From positions 582-64,581 of the forward strand of contig DASWBA010000067.1 of NCBI GenBank assembly GCA_036390825.1: 64,000 nucleotides of DNA, given 5' to 3'. Shown piece after piece: positions 7,570-16,726 of this stretch. The DNA comes from Candidatus Dormiibacterota bacterium. GTDB taxonomy: Bacteria; Chloroflexota; Dormibacteria; CF-121. The position numbers and the translations under genes were made by a program. The number at the start of each line of letters is the position of its first letter. The first letter of the stretch is position 1. The notes beneath the pieces are model-generated. The model had not been told where the DNA came from. It saw only the letters and a list, made by a program, of their open reading frames with translations, and searched no databases.

Positions 7570-8867
7570 GCCAACCGCGTCGGAACCGCCGCGGGAGACG
7601 GCCGGCGTGGCTTCGAGTTGGGGCTCATCACTGCCACGGGTCGTGGCTGGCTGTCCGCCGGTTTGCGCCATCCCGCCGTGCCGCCGCGTCGCCAGTCAAC
7701 ATTTGGCTGCTCGAGCTCGACCGGGTCGACCCGCGCCGCGTGTTGCTCCACCACCTCGATCACGGATTCGATCAGGGTGTCGCCGAGGTAGTGCGGCCGT
7801 AGGCCCAGGTCGAGGAGCTTCTGGTGCTTGGCGTTGTAGTAATGCTCCTCGCGCTCCACCCGGGGGTTGGCCAGATGCACGATCTTGGTCTTGAGCCCAT
7901 GGGCCGCACGCGCATCGCGGACCTTCTCGGCGAGCGCCTTGACGGAGAACTGCTCGGTGAACTGATTGAAGACGCGATACTCGCCGTCGGCGGCCGGATG
8001 CTCCAGCGCCAGTCGCACGCAGGCTACGGTATCGCGGATATCGAGGAAGCCGCGCGTCTGTCCGCCCTTCCCGTACACCGTCAGCGGAAGCCCGAGCGCG
8101 CCCTGGATGCAAAACCGGTTGAGCACGGTGCCCCAGATCGCGTCGTAGTCGAAGCGGGTGGCGAGCCCAGGGTGCAGCGCCACCTCGTCGGTGTGATTTC
8201 CATAGACCACGCCCTGGTGCAGGTCGGTGGCGCGCAGGCCCCAGATCCGGCAGGCGAACTGGATGTTGTGACTGTCGTGCAACTTCGACAGGTGGTAGAA
8301 GCTGCCCGGCTGCATCGGGAAGGGCAGGCGATCCTGCCGGCCGTTGTGGGTGATGGTCAGGAAGCCTTCTTCGATGTCGATATTGGGGGTCCCGTATTCC
8401 CCCATGGTGCCCAGCTTGATCAGGTGCGCTCGCGGCGCGTAATCGCGGAGAGCAAAAAGGAGATTCAGCGTGCCGATCAGGTTGTTGGTCTGGGTGAGCG
8501 CCGCATGCTCGAGGTCGATCATCGAGTACGGTGCGCTTCGCTGCTCCGCGAAGTGGATCAGGGCATCAGGCTGGATGTCGCGCACCAAGTCAACGACGGC
8601 GCGGGCATTGCGAAGGTCCATCCGCCGCCATCTGATCGTCCGACCGGTGAGTCGCTCCCAGAGGCGGACCCGCTGCGCCATGGGTTTGATCGGGATCAGG
8701 CTCTGGGTGCCGCATTCGCGATCCCAGCGCCGCCGGACCAGACTGTCGATCCCAACGACATCGTGTCCGGCCTGCGAGAGGTGAAGTGCCGTCGCCCAGC
8801 CGAGGTAGCCATCCACCCCCAGCACAATGACCGTCTTCCTAACCAAGCTCCAGGTCTCTCTCCCCAA
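7557..8867 (-). CDS. sqdB: UDP-sulfoquinovose synthase (SQD1/SqdB)
   Basis: Near-colinear match to the SQD1 signature: VLGVDGYLGWATALHLS, FAEQRSAPYSMID, KLGTMGEYGTPNIDIEEG, SFYHLSKLHDSHNI, GKGGQTRGFLDIRDTV, NPRVEREEHYYNAKH. Confidence 0.93.
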   Translation of the reverse strand: MGRETWSLVRKTVIVLGVDGYLGWATALHLSQAGHDVVGIDSLVRRRWDRECGTQSLIPIKPMAQRVRLWERLTGRTIRWRRMDLRNARAVVDLVRDIQPDALIHFAEQRSAPYSMIDLEHAALTQTNNLIGTLNLLFALRDYAPRAHLIKLGTMGEYGTPNIDIEEGFLTITHNGRQDRLPFPMQPGSFYHLSKLHDSHNIQFACRIWGLRATDLHQGVVYGNHTDEVALHPGLATRFDYDAIWGTVLNRFCIQGALGLPLTVYGKGGQTRGFLDIRDTVACVRLALEHPAADGEYRVFNQFTEQFSVKALAEKVRDARAAHGLKTKIVHLANPRVEREEHYYNAKHQKLLDLGLRPHYLGDTLIESVIEVVEQHAARVDPVELEQPNVDWRRGGTAGWRKPADSQPRPVAVMSPNSKPRRPSPAAVPTRLAQRR

Positions 8868-8939
8868 GTGTGATCGCCGGTTCAGGCGTTGTCCAGTCGG
8901 GGATGCTAGCCGCCAGAGATGAGAGCGCCATGAGAGCGA

Positions 8940-9464
8940 TCAGGGCTCGAGCACGTGGACGGCGGTGAGGTTGCGATACAACTCGTCGTAGTCGAGGCCG
9001 TAACCGACGACGAACTCGTTGGGGATGTCAAACCCGTTGTAGGCGATCGGCACCGGCGTCACCCGCCGCTCTTCCTTGTTGAGCAGGACGCACAACTTCA
9101 GGGAGGCGGGCCCGTGGCGCCGGACGTGCTCGAAGAGGAAGGAGGTGGTCAGCCCGGTATCGATGATGTCCTCGACCATCAGGACGTCGCGGCCGGCGAC
9201 GTCCATGGTGAGGTCCTTGAGCAACTGGACGTGACCAGTTGACTCGGTCCCTGAGCCGTAGCTGCTGACCGCGACGTAATCGAAGTTGACCGGCACCGTC
9301 AGGCTCCGGCTCAAGTCGGTCGCAAAGCAGACCGAGCCCTTCAACACCGGAAGCAGGATGAGCGGCTGCGGGGTCGACGCGTAGTCACGCGAGATGTCGG
9401 CGGCCAGCTCGCGCACGCGCTGCTGGATGGCATCGGCGCTGATCAGCTCGCGGCCTAGTTTCAA
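8940..9464 (-). CDS. hpt: Hypoxanthine phosphoribosyltransferase
   Basis: VLKGSVCFATDL and the PRPP loop VLMVEDIIDTGLT. TTG start. Confidence 0.9.
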   Translation of the reverse strand: MKLGRELISADAIQQRVRELAADISRDYASTPQPLILLPVLKGSVCFATDLSRSLTVPVNFDYVAVSSYGSGTESTGHVQLLKDLTMDVAGRDVLMVEDIIDTGLTTSFLFEHVRRHGPASLKLCVLLNKEERRVTPVPIAYNGFDIPNEFVVGYGLDYDELYRNLTAVHVLEP

Positions 9465-9492
9465 TTCGGTGCGCAGAATGACATCGTCAACT

Positions 9493-10008
9493 CTACTCGG
9501 TCGGCGCGATCAGGAAGATCCAGATGTCCCAGCTGATGTGACTGACGATCATGGGGGCCATGCGTGGCTCGCGCGCGTAGAGGACGCCCCAGAACAGGCC
9601 GGCGGTGCCCGCCGCCCCGGTGAGGGTGAGATTCGCCGAAACCAGGTGAATGCCGCCATAGATGGAGGAGGCGAGCAGGGTCCCGCGGAGCCGGCCGAAG
9701 CGACGCATCAAGCCGCGCTGGACGAGCCCCCGCCAGAAGAGTTCCTCACCTGGGCCAATCACCAGCGCGAGGGCGGCGGCGATCGCTTCGGGTGGGGCGG
9801 CGTTCCGCAGCTCGTAGATCCGGGCAATCTCGCGCTCGCCCGCCGGCATGACCCGGCGGGCCATCCGGTCGCCGACCTGGAAGATCGCGTAGAGCCCGGC
9901 GGCCGATCCGAGCCCCTTGACGACATCCCGGGGCCGGAGGCGTTCGCGCCGCAACGCGGGCTCGGCAGCCAGCGCATAGGCGCCCAGGCCGCCGACCCCA
10001 AGCGTCAT
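9493..10008 (-). CDS. CPBP-family intramembrane glutamic endopeptidase (CAAX protease-like)
   Basis: EELFWRG motif, YGGIHL and a C-terminal SHISWD. The start is uncertain. ATG 10008 was chosen because the longer track ORF runs antisense into menA. Confidence 0.65.
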   Translation of the reverse strand: MTLGVGGLGAYALAAEPALRRERLRPRDVVKGLGSAAGLYAIFQVGDRMARRVMPAGEREIARIYELRNAAPPEAIAAALALVIGPGEELFWRGLVQRGLMRRFGRLRGTLLASSIYGGIHLVSANLTLTGAAGTAGLFWGVLYAREPRMAPMIVSHISWDIWIFLIAPTE

Positions 10009-10091
10009 GCGCAGCCAGAATTGCGAGCGCGGTCCGCGAAAGGCCGCCGTCCACACGACCGCGGCCAGGCCGAGGCCGGCAAGGACGCGCT

Positions 10092-12041
10092 TCAGCGGAC
10101 TGCCGATCCCGCGACCAGCCCAACCAGGAGCAGCACTCCGAACGCGCCGTGCAGGCGGGCGGTCATGAGGTCGATCATCGCGATCGCGCGCAGGTGGCCC
10201 TCGGCCCCGCGCTCGGCGTCCCGCAAGATCCAGGCGACGAGCGGCAGGCTGAAAAGGGTCAGCAAGGCGAGCGTGGGCAGTGCCCCCACCATCACCGCCA
10301 GGCCGACGGCGACGTAAGCGCCCAGGATGAGCATCACGTACACCCAGTGGGCGGCGTCCTGGCCGACCTGGGCGGAGAAGGTGGTGAAGCCGTGCCGCGT
10401 ATCCTCGGCGACGTCGCGCCACTCATTCCCGTGCAGGATGGCGGTGACGAGCAGGCCCACCGGCAAGGAGACCACCAGCAGGTTCGCGTCGAAGCTGCCG
10501 GTGACGGCGTAGTAGGAGCCGATCACCATCAGGGGCCCCATCAAGACGAAAACCAGTGGAAGCCCGAGTGCCCGGTACTTGTACTGAAAGGGCGGTGCGG
10601 TATAGAAGTAGCCGCCGATGAAACCGATCACCCCGAGCAGCACGATCGGCCAGCCCCGCTGGAGCAGGAGGAAGATGCCCATCAGCAGTGCCAGGATGAA
10701 GCCCGACCAGGCGACGACAAAGGCATCACGCTCGCTGATCCGGCCCTTGAGAATTGCCATCGACATCCGCGGCGACGTGATCGCATCGATCCCATGCCGG
10801 ACGTCGTAGATCTCGTTGGTCACGTTGGTCCCGATGTGGAGGCCGAGTGCGCCGAGCAGCGCTGCAAGGAAGAGCGCCCAATGCATGCGGCCCTGGCTGA
10901 GCGCGATGGCGCCGCCGACTGCAACCGGTAGCAGCGATGCGGTGAAGCTGAACGGCCGCACCACCTCCCAGGCGCCGGCGAGGCGGCGGCCCAAGCCCGG
11001 CCCGACCTGCGTACGTTCCCCTCCCCCGCGTGCGGGGGAGGGCAGGGTGGAGGCCGTTGCGGCGCGTGATGCATAGGCGACGGCCGCGTCGAAGACGGCG
11101 TTCACCTGGGCTTCTTCCTGCAAGATCGGCTGCAGCAGCGGCACGTCCATGCCGGCCTCGTGGTAGTCGGCGGCGCGGGCCGCGACCTGGTCGACGGTGC
11201 CGCACAGGATGAAGGCGTCGAGCAATTCATCCGGGATCAGCTCGCCGGCGCGGTGGTAGTCCTCGGCACGCCAGGCGGTCGCGATCTGGCTGCGCAGCCC
11301 CGGGTCGAATCCGGCGCGCTTCATCGAGATGTCGCTGAGGACCGACATCATGTAGATCACGAACGGCTCGCGCTTGGCCCGATTCAATGCTTCCTGCCGG
11401 CTGCTGTCGAAGAGGCAGAGGAGGTAACCACGGAAGTCGATGTCACCGGCGGACCGTCCATGCGAAGCGGCGCTCTCGAGCACCCGGGTGCGCATTTTCT
11501 GAAAGGCAGGTAGCGACTCGGCGGGACGCGCCAGGTAACCGTCGGCCTTTTCGCCGCAGAGGTCGAGGAAGGGGGTGCGGTAGGCGGCAATGTAGATCGG
11601 GATCCGGTGGGGCGGCTGGAACATCGGTTGGAGAGGAGGAACTTTGTCGTTGAGCTTCAGCGGTTGGCCCGTCCAGAGCCGGCGAATCTGGTCGATCGAT
11701 TCCGAGACACGAGCCACCGTGTCGTCGTAGGGGATCGCCATCTGGGAAAGGCGCAGGGGCAAGCCGCTCCCCAGCGCCAGTGTCACGCGGCGCGGCGCCA
11801 GGTCATCGAGGGCCGACATCGTCATCGCCACCACCACCGGATGGCGCGTGTAGGGGTTGAGGGCGCCGGCGCCGAGCCCGATGCGGCGGGTCTCCATCCC
11901 CATCGCCGTCAGGTAGGTGATCGGGTCTCGCTCGAAATAGCTGTCATGGACCCAGACCGAATCGAGGCCGAGGTCCTCGGCCCGTCGAGCCCACTCGGCG
12001 GTGTCGGTGACGCTACCCCGGGCGGCGAGTCCCAAACCCAC
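10092..12041 (-). CDS. menA: LLM-class (luciferase-like) flavin/F420-dependent oxidoreductase fused in frame to a UbiA-family prenyltransferase (MenA-like)
   Basis: N-terminal half: VGLGLAARGS...LGLDSVWVHDSYFERDPITYL...GSGLPL (LLM). C-terminal half: about eight TM helices with NEIYDVRHGID (the UbiA NxxxDxxxD motif). There is no stop between them. An internal TTG at 10994 could give a separate 300-aa MenA. GTG 12041 was chosen as the start. Confidence 0.7.
   Translation of the reverse strand: MGLGLAARGSVTDTAEWARRAEDLGLDSVWVHDSYFERDPITYLTAMGMETRRIGLGAGALNPYTRHPVVVAMTMSALDDLAPRRVTLALGSGLPLRLSQMAIPYDDTVARVSESIDQIRRLWTGQPLKLNDKVPPLQPMFQPPHRIPIYIAAYRTPFLDLCGEKADGYLARPAESLPAFQKMRTRVLESAASHGRSAGDIDFRGYLLCLFDSSRQEALNRAKREPFVIYMMSVLSDISMKRAGFDPGLRSQIATAWRAEDYHRAGELIPDELLDAFILCGTVDQVAARAADYHEAGMDVPLLQPILQEEAQVNAVFDAAVAYASRAATASTLPSPARGGGERTQVGPGLGRRLAGAWEVVRPFSFTASLLPVAVGGAIALSQGRMHWALFLAALLGALGLHIGTNVTNEIYDVRHGIDAITSPRMSMAILKGRISERDAFVVAWSGFILALLMGIFLLLQRGWPIVLLGVIGFIGGYFYTAPPFQYKYRALGLPLVFVLMGPLMVIGSYYAVTGSFDANLLVVSLPVGLLVTAILHGNEWRDVAEDTRHGFTTFSAQVGQDAAHWVYVMLILGAYVAVGLAVMVGALPTLALLTLFSLPLVAWILRDAERGAEGHLRAIAMIDLMTARLHGAFGVLLLVGLVAGSAVR
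11019..11050 (-). repeat. REP-like palindromic element, copy B (opposite orientation, inside an ORF)
   Basis: Plus strand: ccctccccc-gcgtgc-gggggaggg-cagggtgg. It encodes the linker STLPSPARGGGE of the fusion. Confidence 0.85.
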
Positions 12042-12119
12042 CCGGCGCGCGAGCTCTGCCACGTGATCAGCATAATCGTGAGCGTGGGGCAAGAAACGCG
12101 GGCCGATGGGATCCGGGCG

Positions 12120-12776
12120 ATGTTCGACCAGATCGCGCCCCGCTACGACACCGCCAACAGCGTCTTCAGTCTTGATCGTGATCGGGCCTGGCGGCGACGG
12201 GCCGCCCGACTCACCCGGTTGCAGCCCGGGCAGACGGCGCTCGATCTCTGCACCGGCACGGGGAAGCTTGCCCACGAGCTCGTGCCGCTGGTCCGCCCCG
12301 GCGGCCGCGTCATCGGGATCGATTTCTCGCCCGGAATGCTGGCCCTGGCGCGCGCCCGTGAACCTGATATCGAGTTCCGGCAGGGAGACATCACCAGGCT
12401 CGCGGAGGCCGAGGCGAGCGTCGACGCGGTGACCATCGGCTTTGGACTGCGCAATCTCGTCGACCGAGACGCCGCGCTGCGCGAGATGCGACGCGTGTTG
12501 CGACCGGGGGGACGCCTGGTGATCCTCGAGTTTGCTCCGCCCACCGGGCCGCTCATGGCCGCCTATCGTTTCTACCTCGGCCGCGTCATGCCCGCGGTCG
12601 TTCGAATTTCGAGCGCAAGCGAGGCGAACGCGTACCGCTACCTCGCGGAAACCGTGTCGGGCTTCCCGCCGCCGGCCGTGCTCGCCCGCGACATGGAGGC
12701 GATTGGGTTCGAGGTCGCGGTGCAGCGGATGACGATTGGCATCGTAGCCTTCCACGTCGGGGTCCGAAGGGACTGA
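12120..12776 (+). CDS. ubiE: Demethylmenaquinone/ubiquinone C-methyltransferase (UbiE/MenG)
   Basis: MFDQIAPRYDTANSVFSL, SAM motif LDLCTGTG, and VTIGFGLRNL. An alternative GTG start lies at 12084. Confidence 0.88.
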   Translation: MFDQIAPRYDTANSVFSLDRDRAWRRRAARLTRLQPGQTALDLCTGTGKLAHELVPLVRPGGRVIGIDFSPGMLALARAREPDIEFRQGDITRLAEAEASVDAVTIGFGLRNLVDRDAALREMRRVLRPGGRLVILEFAPPTGPLMAAYRFYLGRVMPAVVRISSASEANAYRYLAETVSGFPPPAVLARDMEAIGFEVAVQRMTIGIVAFHVGVRRD

Positions 12777-12782
12777 GACCCG

Positions 12783-13421
12783 ATGCCTTCCCTCTGGGCG
12801 CTGCCCAATCTGCTCAGCTTCTCGCGGATTGTGGCCGCACCCATCCTGTACGTGCTGGTGGTATCAGGCGGTCGCTACGGATTTCTTGCCGCGGCCGTGC
12901 TCTTCGTCGCGGCGTCGCTCACCGATACGCTGGATGGCCTGATCGCCCGGCGCCGCCACCTCGTTTCTCCCCTTGGGATCTACCTGGACACCACCTCGGA
13001 CAAGATCCTGATCGCGGTGCTGCTGATCGCGATCGCGGTAGCCCATCTCGGCCCCGGCTGGATGGCAGCGGTCATCATCGCCCGCGAGTTCCTGGTCACC
13101 GGGCTTCGCAGCTACGCTGCCGCGCTCGGCATCGTCATCCCGGCAGGCGGTTGGGGAAAAGCGAAAGCGCTGATCACTATCATCGCGCTCTTCCTCGTGC
13201 TGCTCGAAGGCGACGCGCGACAGGGTGGTTTGCTCAACAGCCACACGCTCCCCGGCAGCGTGCTGGTGAGCAGCATCGGTCCGTTCACGGTGGCCGTCTG
13301 GGCCCTATTGGTCGCCGTCATCTGGACCCTCGGTTCGGGCGCGGAGTACATCCGCGAGGCCATCCCGTTGCTCACCCGCTCCCGGCCGGTCGTGATCAGT
13401 GGATCGGCCGGCGACCCGTAG
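12783..13421 (+). CDS. pgsA: CDP-alcohol phosphatidyltransferase (PgsA-like)
   Basis: DTLDGLIARRRHLVSPLGIYLDTTSDK is the DG(x2)AR(x8)G(x3)D(x3)D motif. Confidence 0.85.
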   Translation: MPSLWALPNLLSFSRIVAAPILYVLVVSGGRYGFLAAAVLFVAASLTDTLDGLIARRRHLVSPLGIYLDTTSDKILIAVLLIAIAVAHLGPGWMAAVIIAREFLVTGLRSYAAALGIVIPAGGWGKAKALITIIALFLVLLEGDARQGGLLNSHTLPGSVLVSSIGPFTVAVWALLVAVIWTLGSGAEYIREAIPLLTRSRPVVISGSAGDP

Positions 13422-13429
13422 GGGTTCGA

Positions 13430-15073
13430 CTAAACGCCGATATCCTTGCGGACGAAACGCACCGCACCGAGACCCAGCGCCACCGCAGCCACGGCGATCA
13501 CGCCCAGGATGGATGCGAGCTGAAGTCCGTTGAGGAGCGGCGAGCCGTAGTAGTAAAAGGGCGACAGCCGGAGCGTCACGTCCGGCAGCTTGAGCTCAGG
13601 TCCAATGAAACTGACGAAGAACCAGAACGCCAGGAGAAAGCTCAAGAGGCCTGTGTCCGCGGCCGAGCGCAACCAGCCCGAGGCCAGGTAGCCGATGCCG
13701 GCGACCAGCAGGCCGAGCGGGATCATGCCCAGGATGGCCGCCGCGAGATTGCCGGCGTTCAGCTGCAATCCTGAGGCCGCCGCAGACCCGGCGCACACGA
13801 GCAAGGTGATGACGCTGATGGCGATCGTGGCGGATGCCAGCGCGGCGAACCGGCCGAGGAGTACCGAGAGCCGCGGCTGCGGCGTCGCCAGCACCAGCTC
13901 GAGGCGGCCGTCCTGCTCGTCAGCAGACCAACCATTCACCTGGGTGACCGCGAAGGCCATCAAGAACAGCGGCAGGAAGACGAACATCGCACTCAAGAAG
14001 CCGGCGTTGAGGCTGGCGTCGCCTCCGCCGATGTTCTTGATCAGTTGCGTGAAGCCGGCATTCCCGGATAGCAAGATGGACAGCTTCGTTTCCAGCAACT
14101 GGACGGCGTAGACCATCCACCCGGCGAAGCCCGCGATGCCGAGCGTCCACCAGAAGGTGGGCATCGCAATCGTGCGAAGGCTGCGCGCATAAACCGACCG
14201 CAGCGACCAATCTCCGACCGGCAACACCCGGCTCGCCTGACGTTCGGGCAGCCGGAGCCATCGCGGCAGTGGCACCGTCCCCCCGACGTCGCGCCCGATA
14301 AAGAGCCACACCGCAATCCCGCCGAGTCCGATAGCAAGCACGGCCAGCAACACCATCGCACCGGCATTCACGCCATAGCTCGGGATCAGGCCCTTGCTCA
14401 GGTTGTAGTAGTAGATGGGCGAGAGGCGCGAGATCCACTCGCTGTTGGGGGCGATGCGGTGAACCATGTCGAGGACGATGAAGATGAGGAGCAAGCCGGC
14501 GGTTGCGCCGGCGGCCGGTCCTCGCTCCTGCGTGAACTGTGAGATCAGTAATGAGAGGCCACCAAAGACGGCGCAGATAAGCGCCAGATCCAGCCCGAAG
14601 AGAAGCGCATCGCCAAGGCCGAAGTCGGCACCGAACGTCCGGCCGCCTGCGAACGCGACGAGGCCAATCAGCAGACCCATCGCGAGCAACGCCGTCCACA
14701 TCGCCGCCAGCTTCTCGAGCGCGACACGCAATCTCGGGCGGGGCACGGAGAGTAGCACGTCGAGCGATCCGCGCTCCTCTTCGCCGCGCAGCGTGCGGCT
14801 GCCGGCCAGGATCGGCCAGACGACGATCAGGAAGATGAAGATGCCGATTTTGAAAGTCGCGTAGCCCCCGATCGTGGTGACGGCTACGGCGTCGGCGTTC
14901 CAAGCGAAGCTGGCCGCAATGCCGGCCAGTTGCTGGCGTGCCGCCGGGGTCGTGACCAGCGCCGCTACGCTCGCCATCGGCGAAACCACCACCAATCCCA
15001 TGCCGATGCCCCAGCCAAGGATGGCGATCCGGTAGTCGCGAAGAGTCTTCAAAAAGACGCTGCTAAGCCACAT
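13430..15073 (-). CDS. ABC-2 type transporter permease (duplicated 6-TM modules)
   Basis: Polytopic. ATG 15073 overlaps the stop of the upstream ATPase gene. Confidence 0.8.
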   Translation of the reverse strand: MWLSSVFLKTLRDYRIAILGWGIGMGLVVVSPMASVAALVTTPAARQQLAGIAASFAWNADAVAVTTIGGYATFKIGIFIFLIVVWPILAGSRTLRGEEERGSLDVLLSVPRPRLRVALEKLAAMWTALLAMGLLIGLVAFAGGRTFGADFGLGDALLFGLDLALICAVFGGLSLLISQFTQERGPAAGATAGLLLIFIVLDMVHRIAPNSEWISRLSPIYYYNLSKGLIPSYGVNAGAMVLLAVLAIGLGGIAVWLFIGRDVGGTVPLPRWLRLPERQASRVLPVGDWSLRSVYARSLRTIAMPTFWWTLGIAGFAGWMVYAVQLLETKLSILLSGNAGFTQLIKNIGGGDASLNAGFLSAMFVFLPLFLMAFAVTQVNGWSADEQDGRLELVLATPQPRLSVLLGRFAALASATIAISVITLLVCAGSAAASGLQLNAGNLAAAILGMIPLGLLVAGIGYLASGWLRSAADTGLLSFLLAFWFFVSFIGPELKLPDVTLRLSPFYYYGSPLLNGLQLASILGVIAVAAVALGLGAVRFVRKDIGV

Positions 15074-15980
15074 GATGGTCTGCCCGGGGAGGCGCGTTGT
15101 CACCTTCGTAATAGCGCAGGAAGATGTCCTCGAGGCTCGGCTCATAACTGGCGAGCGAGACGACGGGGTATCGCGCTGCGGCCTTGATCACGGCGTCGGC
15201 AGGTCCCTGCATCGTGAGGCGCACGGCATGTCCGTGGTTGAGGGCCTCCACCTCGAGCACGCTATCAAGCGTCTTAAAGCTTTCGGCCGGAACGGCACTG
15301 GCGAAGGTGATGGTGATCTCGTAGCGTTTGATCGCCTTGACCTCGGCCACGTCGCCGATGCGCACCAGGCTTCCATCGCGGATGATGCCGACCCTGGTGC
15401 AGGTCTTTTCGACTTCGCTGAGCACGTGCGACGACAGGAAAACAGTGCGACCTTCATTGCGGGCGTCGAGCACCATGTGGTCGAATTCTTGCTGGTTCAG
15501 CGGATCGAGCCCGCTCGTTGGCTCGTCGAGGATCAGCAGACGCGGGCGGTGCATAAAGGCCTGGATCAGCACGACCTTGCGCTTGTTGCCGGTCGAGTAC
15601 TGACGGAACTTGCGACTCGTGTCCAGCTCGAAACGCTCGACCAGCTGCTTCAGGTAGGCCTGGTCCACGCCTCCCCGCAGGTGCGCGAAGTACTCGAGGA
15701 TCTGCCCTCCGGTCAGATTGGGATCGAGGGCAGGCTCGCCCGGTATGTAGCCGATCAGTCGCTTTATCTCGACGGATTTCTCCCAGCAGTCAAGCCCAGC
15801 GATCTGCGCTGAGCCCGCGTCGGCCTTGAGTAAGCCCATCAAGAGCCGGATGGTGGTCGTCTTCCCCGCGCCGTTGGGGCCGAGGAAGCCGAACACGTCG
15901 CCCTCTTCGACCTGGAAGGCAACGTCGGTGATGCCGACTTTGCTCCCGTAGCTCTTGCTCAGACCTTGTACTTCAATCAT
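15063..15980 (-). CDS. ABC transporter ATP-binding protein
   Basis: Walker A GPNGAGKTT, signature YSTGNKRK, Walker B LLILDEPTSGLD. An alternative TTG start lies at 16010. Confidence 0.9.
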   Translation of the reverse strand: MIEVQGLSKSYGSKVGITDVAFQVEEGDVFGFLGPNGAGKTTTIRLLMGLLKADAGSAQIAGLDCWEKSVEIKRLIGYIPGEPALDPNLTGGQILEYFAHLRGGVDQAYLKQLVERFELDTSRKFRQYSTGNKRKVVLIQAFMHRPRLLILDEPTSGLDPLNQQEFDHMVLDARNEGRTVFLSSHVLSEVEKTCTRVGIIRDGSLVRIGDVAEVKAIKRYEITITFASAVPAESFKTLDSVLEVEALNHGHAVRLTMQGPADAVIKAAARYPVVSLASYEPSLEDIFLRYYEGDNAPPRADHHVA

Positions 15981-16002
15981 GGCTGCCACTGTTATCCCCC
16001 TC

Positions 16003-16686
16003 TTACCCAAACCAGAAATGCAGGGTCGCCCGATCCGTGAGCGCCAACGACCCCTTCGGAATCCCGAGGATTCGCTCGTACGCCGCCGTGAAGCCCGCGA
16101 CCGTTCGCTCCACCACCTCGAAGGGGATGGTGTTGGCCTGGCGGGCGATGTAGAGATGCATGGCCTGCTCCTGAAAGCCCTGCATCAGCGCAAGGAGGAC
16201 GGTCGCGGTTTCTTCTGGAGCAGCGACGCTGAAAACGCCTTCGTCAACGCCCTGACTGACCACCTTGGAAAGCAGCGGTTCCATGAGACGAACCGTCATC
16301 CGGCGGAGCTTCTCCCGGACGATCGCGTTGCTATCCGAACTCCAGACCTCGATGATGGCGAGGACAAATTCCTTCCGCTCGGCCTTCCATCCGGCGATGC
16401 CGGCGAACACCCGCTCGAGCTTCTCGAGAGCCGCCAGCTGCGGATCACTCAGGATGGGCGCCATGGTCGCCATCGCCCCGTCGGCGAACCGTTCGACGAC
16501 CGCCTCGAGGAGGGCCTGCTTGGAGTCGAAGTAGTGGTAGAAGGCCCCCTTGGAGGCTTCCAGGGCGTCGAGCACATCCTGGATGCTCATCGCCTCGTAG
16601 CCTTTGGTCTCGACGAGCCGTTGGGCCACGTCCAGGAAGGCGTCTCGCCGAACCGTATGGAGGGTCGCGTTGATCGTCCGAGCCAT
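16003..16686 (-). CDS. TetR/AcrR family transcriptional regulator
   Basis: The HTH region ETKGYEAMSIQDVLDALEASKGAFYHYFDSKQALL. Confidence 0.88.
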   Translation of the reverse strand: MARTINATLHTVRRDAFLDVAQRLVETKGYEAMSIQDVLDALEASKGAFYHYFDSKQALLEAVVERFADGAMATMAPILSDPQLAALEKLERVFAGIAGWKAERKEFVLAIIEVWSSDSNAIVREKLRRMTVRLMEPLLSKVVSQGVDEGVFSVAAPEETATVLLALMQGFQEQAMHLYIARQANTIPFEVVERTVAGFTAAYERILGIPKGSLALTDRATLHFWFG

Positions 16687-16692
16687 GCAAGC

Positions 16693-16715
16693 AATATAAC
16701 ATACCGCCGGTCGGT
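16693..16715 (-). promoter_or_regulatory. Candidate leaderless promoter (-10 TATATT, 6 nt before the ATG) plus an imperfect palindrome ACCGACCGGCGGT (possible TetR operator)
   Basis: The minus strand reads ttaataaACCGACCGGCGGTatgtTATATTgcttgcATG. Confidence 0.3.
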
Positions 16716-16726
16716 TTATTAACTTT

